A stretch of DNA of 63,977 bases, counting the filler, from Octopus bimaculoides (Eukaryota), in assembly GCF_001194135.2 (NCBI RefSeq). It is 6 parts of 5 records of this genome, joined end to end, with 100 filler letters (N's around TTAATTAATTAA, not from the genome) between each part and the next. Parts side by side here need not be neighbours in the genome. Positions count along the whole stretch, not along the records: positions 60,347 to 62,815 come from NW_026387138.1; positions 62,916 to 63,977 come from NW_026367824.1; 4 more parts are not named here. One strand, written 5' to 3'. The translations under genes were made by a program, and so were the position numbers. Below are positions 62,610 through 63,977 of this stretch, in pieces; the first letter of the stretch is position 1, and the number at the start of each line of letters is the position of its first letter. Under the pieces are notes generated by a model. The model saw nothing but the letters and a program-made list of their open reading frames with translations. It was not told the origin of the DNA and ran no database searches.

Positions 62610-62815
62610 GTTTCAAATTTTGACAGAAGCTCAACAATTTCAGGGAAAGAGGTAAGTCGATTACATCGACTGGTACTCGTTTTATCGACCCCGATAGGAT
62701 GACAGGCAAAGTCAACACATCGGCGGAATTTGAACCTAGAACGTAGTGACGGACGAAATGCGGCTAAACATTTTGTGCGGCATGCTAACGGTTCTGCCAG
62801 CTCACCGCGCCATTA
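62610..62815 (-). mobile_element. Family A SINE (minus strand)
   Basis: GGCGGAATTTGAACC..GCTAACGGTTCTGCCAGCTCACCGC is the reverse of the family A head. Confidence 0.75.
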
Positions 62816-62915
62816 NNNNNNNNNNNNNNNNNNNNNNNNNNNNNNNNNNNNNNNNNNNNTTAATTAATTAANNNNNNNNNNNNNNNNNNNNNNNNNNNNN
62901 NNNNNNNNNNNNNNN
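62816..62915. other. Artificial scaffold linker (44N-TTAATTAATTAA-44N)
   Basis: 12-mer at 62860-62871. Confidence 0.95.
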
Positions 62916-62929
62916 ATTGAAAAGTGAAA

Positions 62930-63977
62930 ATCAAACAGAAAAGATCATCTACATACTTCTTTCAGTGATTCATTGCTTCGAATGCCTTGGAAAAGAAGCT
63001 ATCCTGTTAGTTAAAGAAGTTTTCAACAGCTGATAAGACATCATCACTATGATATTGGTTCCAAACCGAGTATTTTTTTTATATATATGTAGGGGATATA
63101 GGATAATAAGATGAGGTCAAATCATTAAAGTAGGGAGGGTGGCTTAGCAGTCCAAAGCCAATCACACACAGCAGCCAACGAAACCAATTATTGTGCACTG
63201 GAGTATTTGTTTCGATGAAAGAAAAACATACTCGACAGTTTTCCTTGCGTCTGGCCTTGATAGCCTTTCGTAACTGCCTTAGAAAGGTGGCACATTACAG
63301 CACTCTCCATTGATGGTGAGAGCCTTTTGAAAGTAGTCAATAAACACGATGCTTTTTGCAATCCAAAATACTGAGGCCATCACCTTCCCTGCAGATTAAA
63401 CGATCTTGATGACCTTCTTTCGAGTAAGTGTTGAAGAGTGTCTCCACTTCTAGATTATCTCTTATTCTCTAACTCAAAATGATGAACCCAACACATTTAA
63501 GGAAACTGGATTTGCCTCAAGCAATGTCAGATATTATCGAAATGTGATCAGCCTGGTGCCCTTTTAATCAGGTATCAGAAAAAGCAACACCCACCAAGCA
63601 GAAACTTTCATCATGCCAAATTTATTGTGTAGAATATTCTCCGCTCTCACACGTGATATGCTAATAACATTGGCAATTTATTTTTTTTTTGTCCAGTGGA
63701 GGCAGTTGCAGACTGTTCAGATCATTAGTTTTCTCAAAATTATCTGTGCTCAAATCAGTTAATCAGTTTTGCACTGTTAATAAAACTGGAGCATCATCCT
63801 CCGATATATCAACATGTCCTTGGGGACTAAATCCTTTTTCTACAGGTACTTGATAACAGCATGATGCCAAATTTTGCTCATCTTGAAGAGAAGTCACTAA
63901 TAGTTACTTTTGAAGTTTTCTCTGAATATTCAAATGTCAGTTTACCAAGAAAGAAATAATGAAGCTATAAGAAGTGT
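62930..63977 (-). mobile_element. Decayed mariner transposase pseudogene
   Basis: Minus strand MSKIWHHAVIKYL*KK.. then, with frameshifts, GMMKVSAWWV, GKVMASVFW...IVFIDY...TING, HPPYFNDL: mariner motifs WVP, MxxVFWD and HPPYSPDL in degenerate form. Confidence 0.8.

Overview
AT-rich, microsatellite- and retroposon-dense animal genomic DNA. The SINE/LINE inventory looks like octopus (inference from repeat content, not verified by search). The window is a concatenation of at least six draft scaffolds joined by artificial 100-bp linkers (44N-TTAATTAATTAA-44N), plus many N gaps, so most long ORFs in the supplied track are artefacts. Host features I can support: (1) the last coding exon of vinculin (37846-38012, +); (2) an intronless 237-aa SPATA2/Tamo-like PUB-domain ORF (29453-30166, +); (3) an intact tRNA-Ser(GCT) gene (13308-13389, -). 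The rest is decayed mobile DNA: three mariner elements (one full length with both TIRs), two Tigger/pogo remnants, MITEs, RTE, Tx1-like, CRE-like and Dong/R4-like non-LTR fragments, Penelope-like ends with degenerate hammerhead cores, four tRNA-derived SINE families and a ~160-bp tandem repeat. Best leads: a sharply bounded CpG-decay domain (~33.0-51.3 kb) around the vinculin 3' end, which may hide a convergent minus-strand gene; a (TAA)n-centred network linking SINE tails, a Dong/R4 endonuclease and a ~540-bp non-coding passenger element; the PUB-only SPATA2-like gene; and an inverted SINE hairpin 1.3 kb past the vinculin stop. I found no clear-cut novel multi-gene system; these are hypotheses to test.
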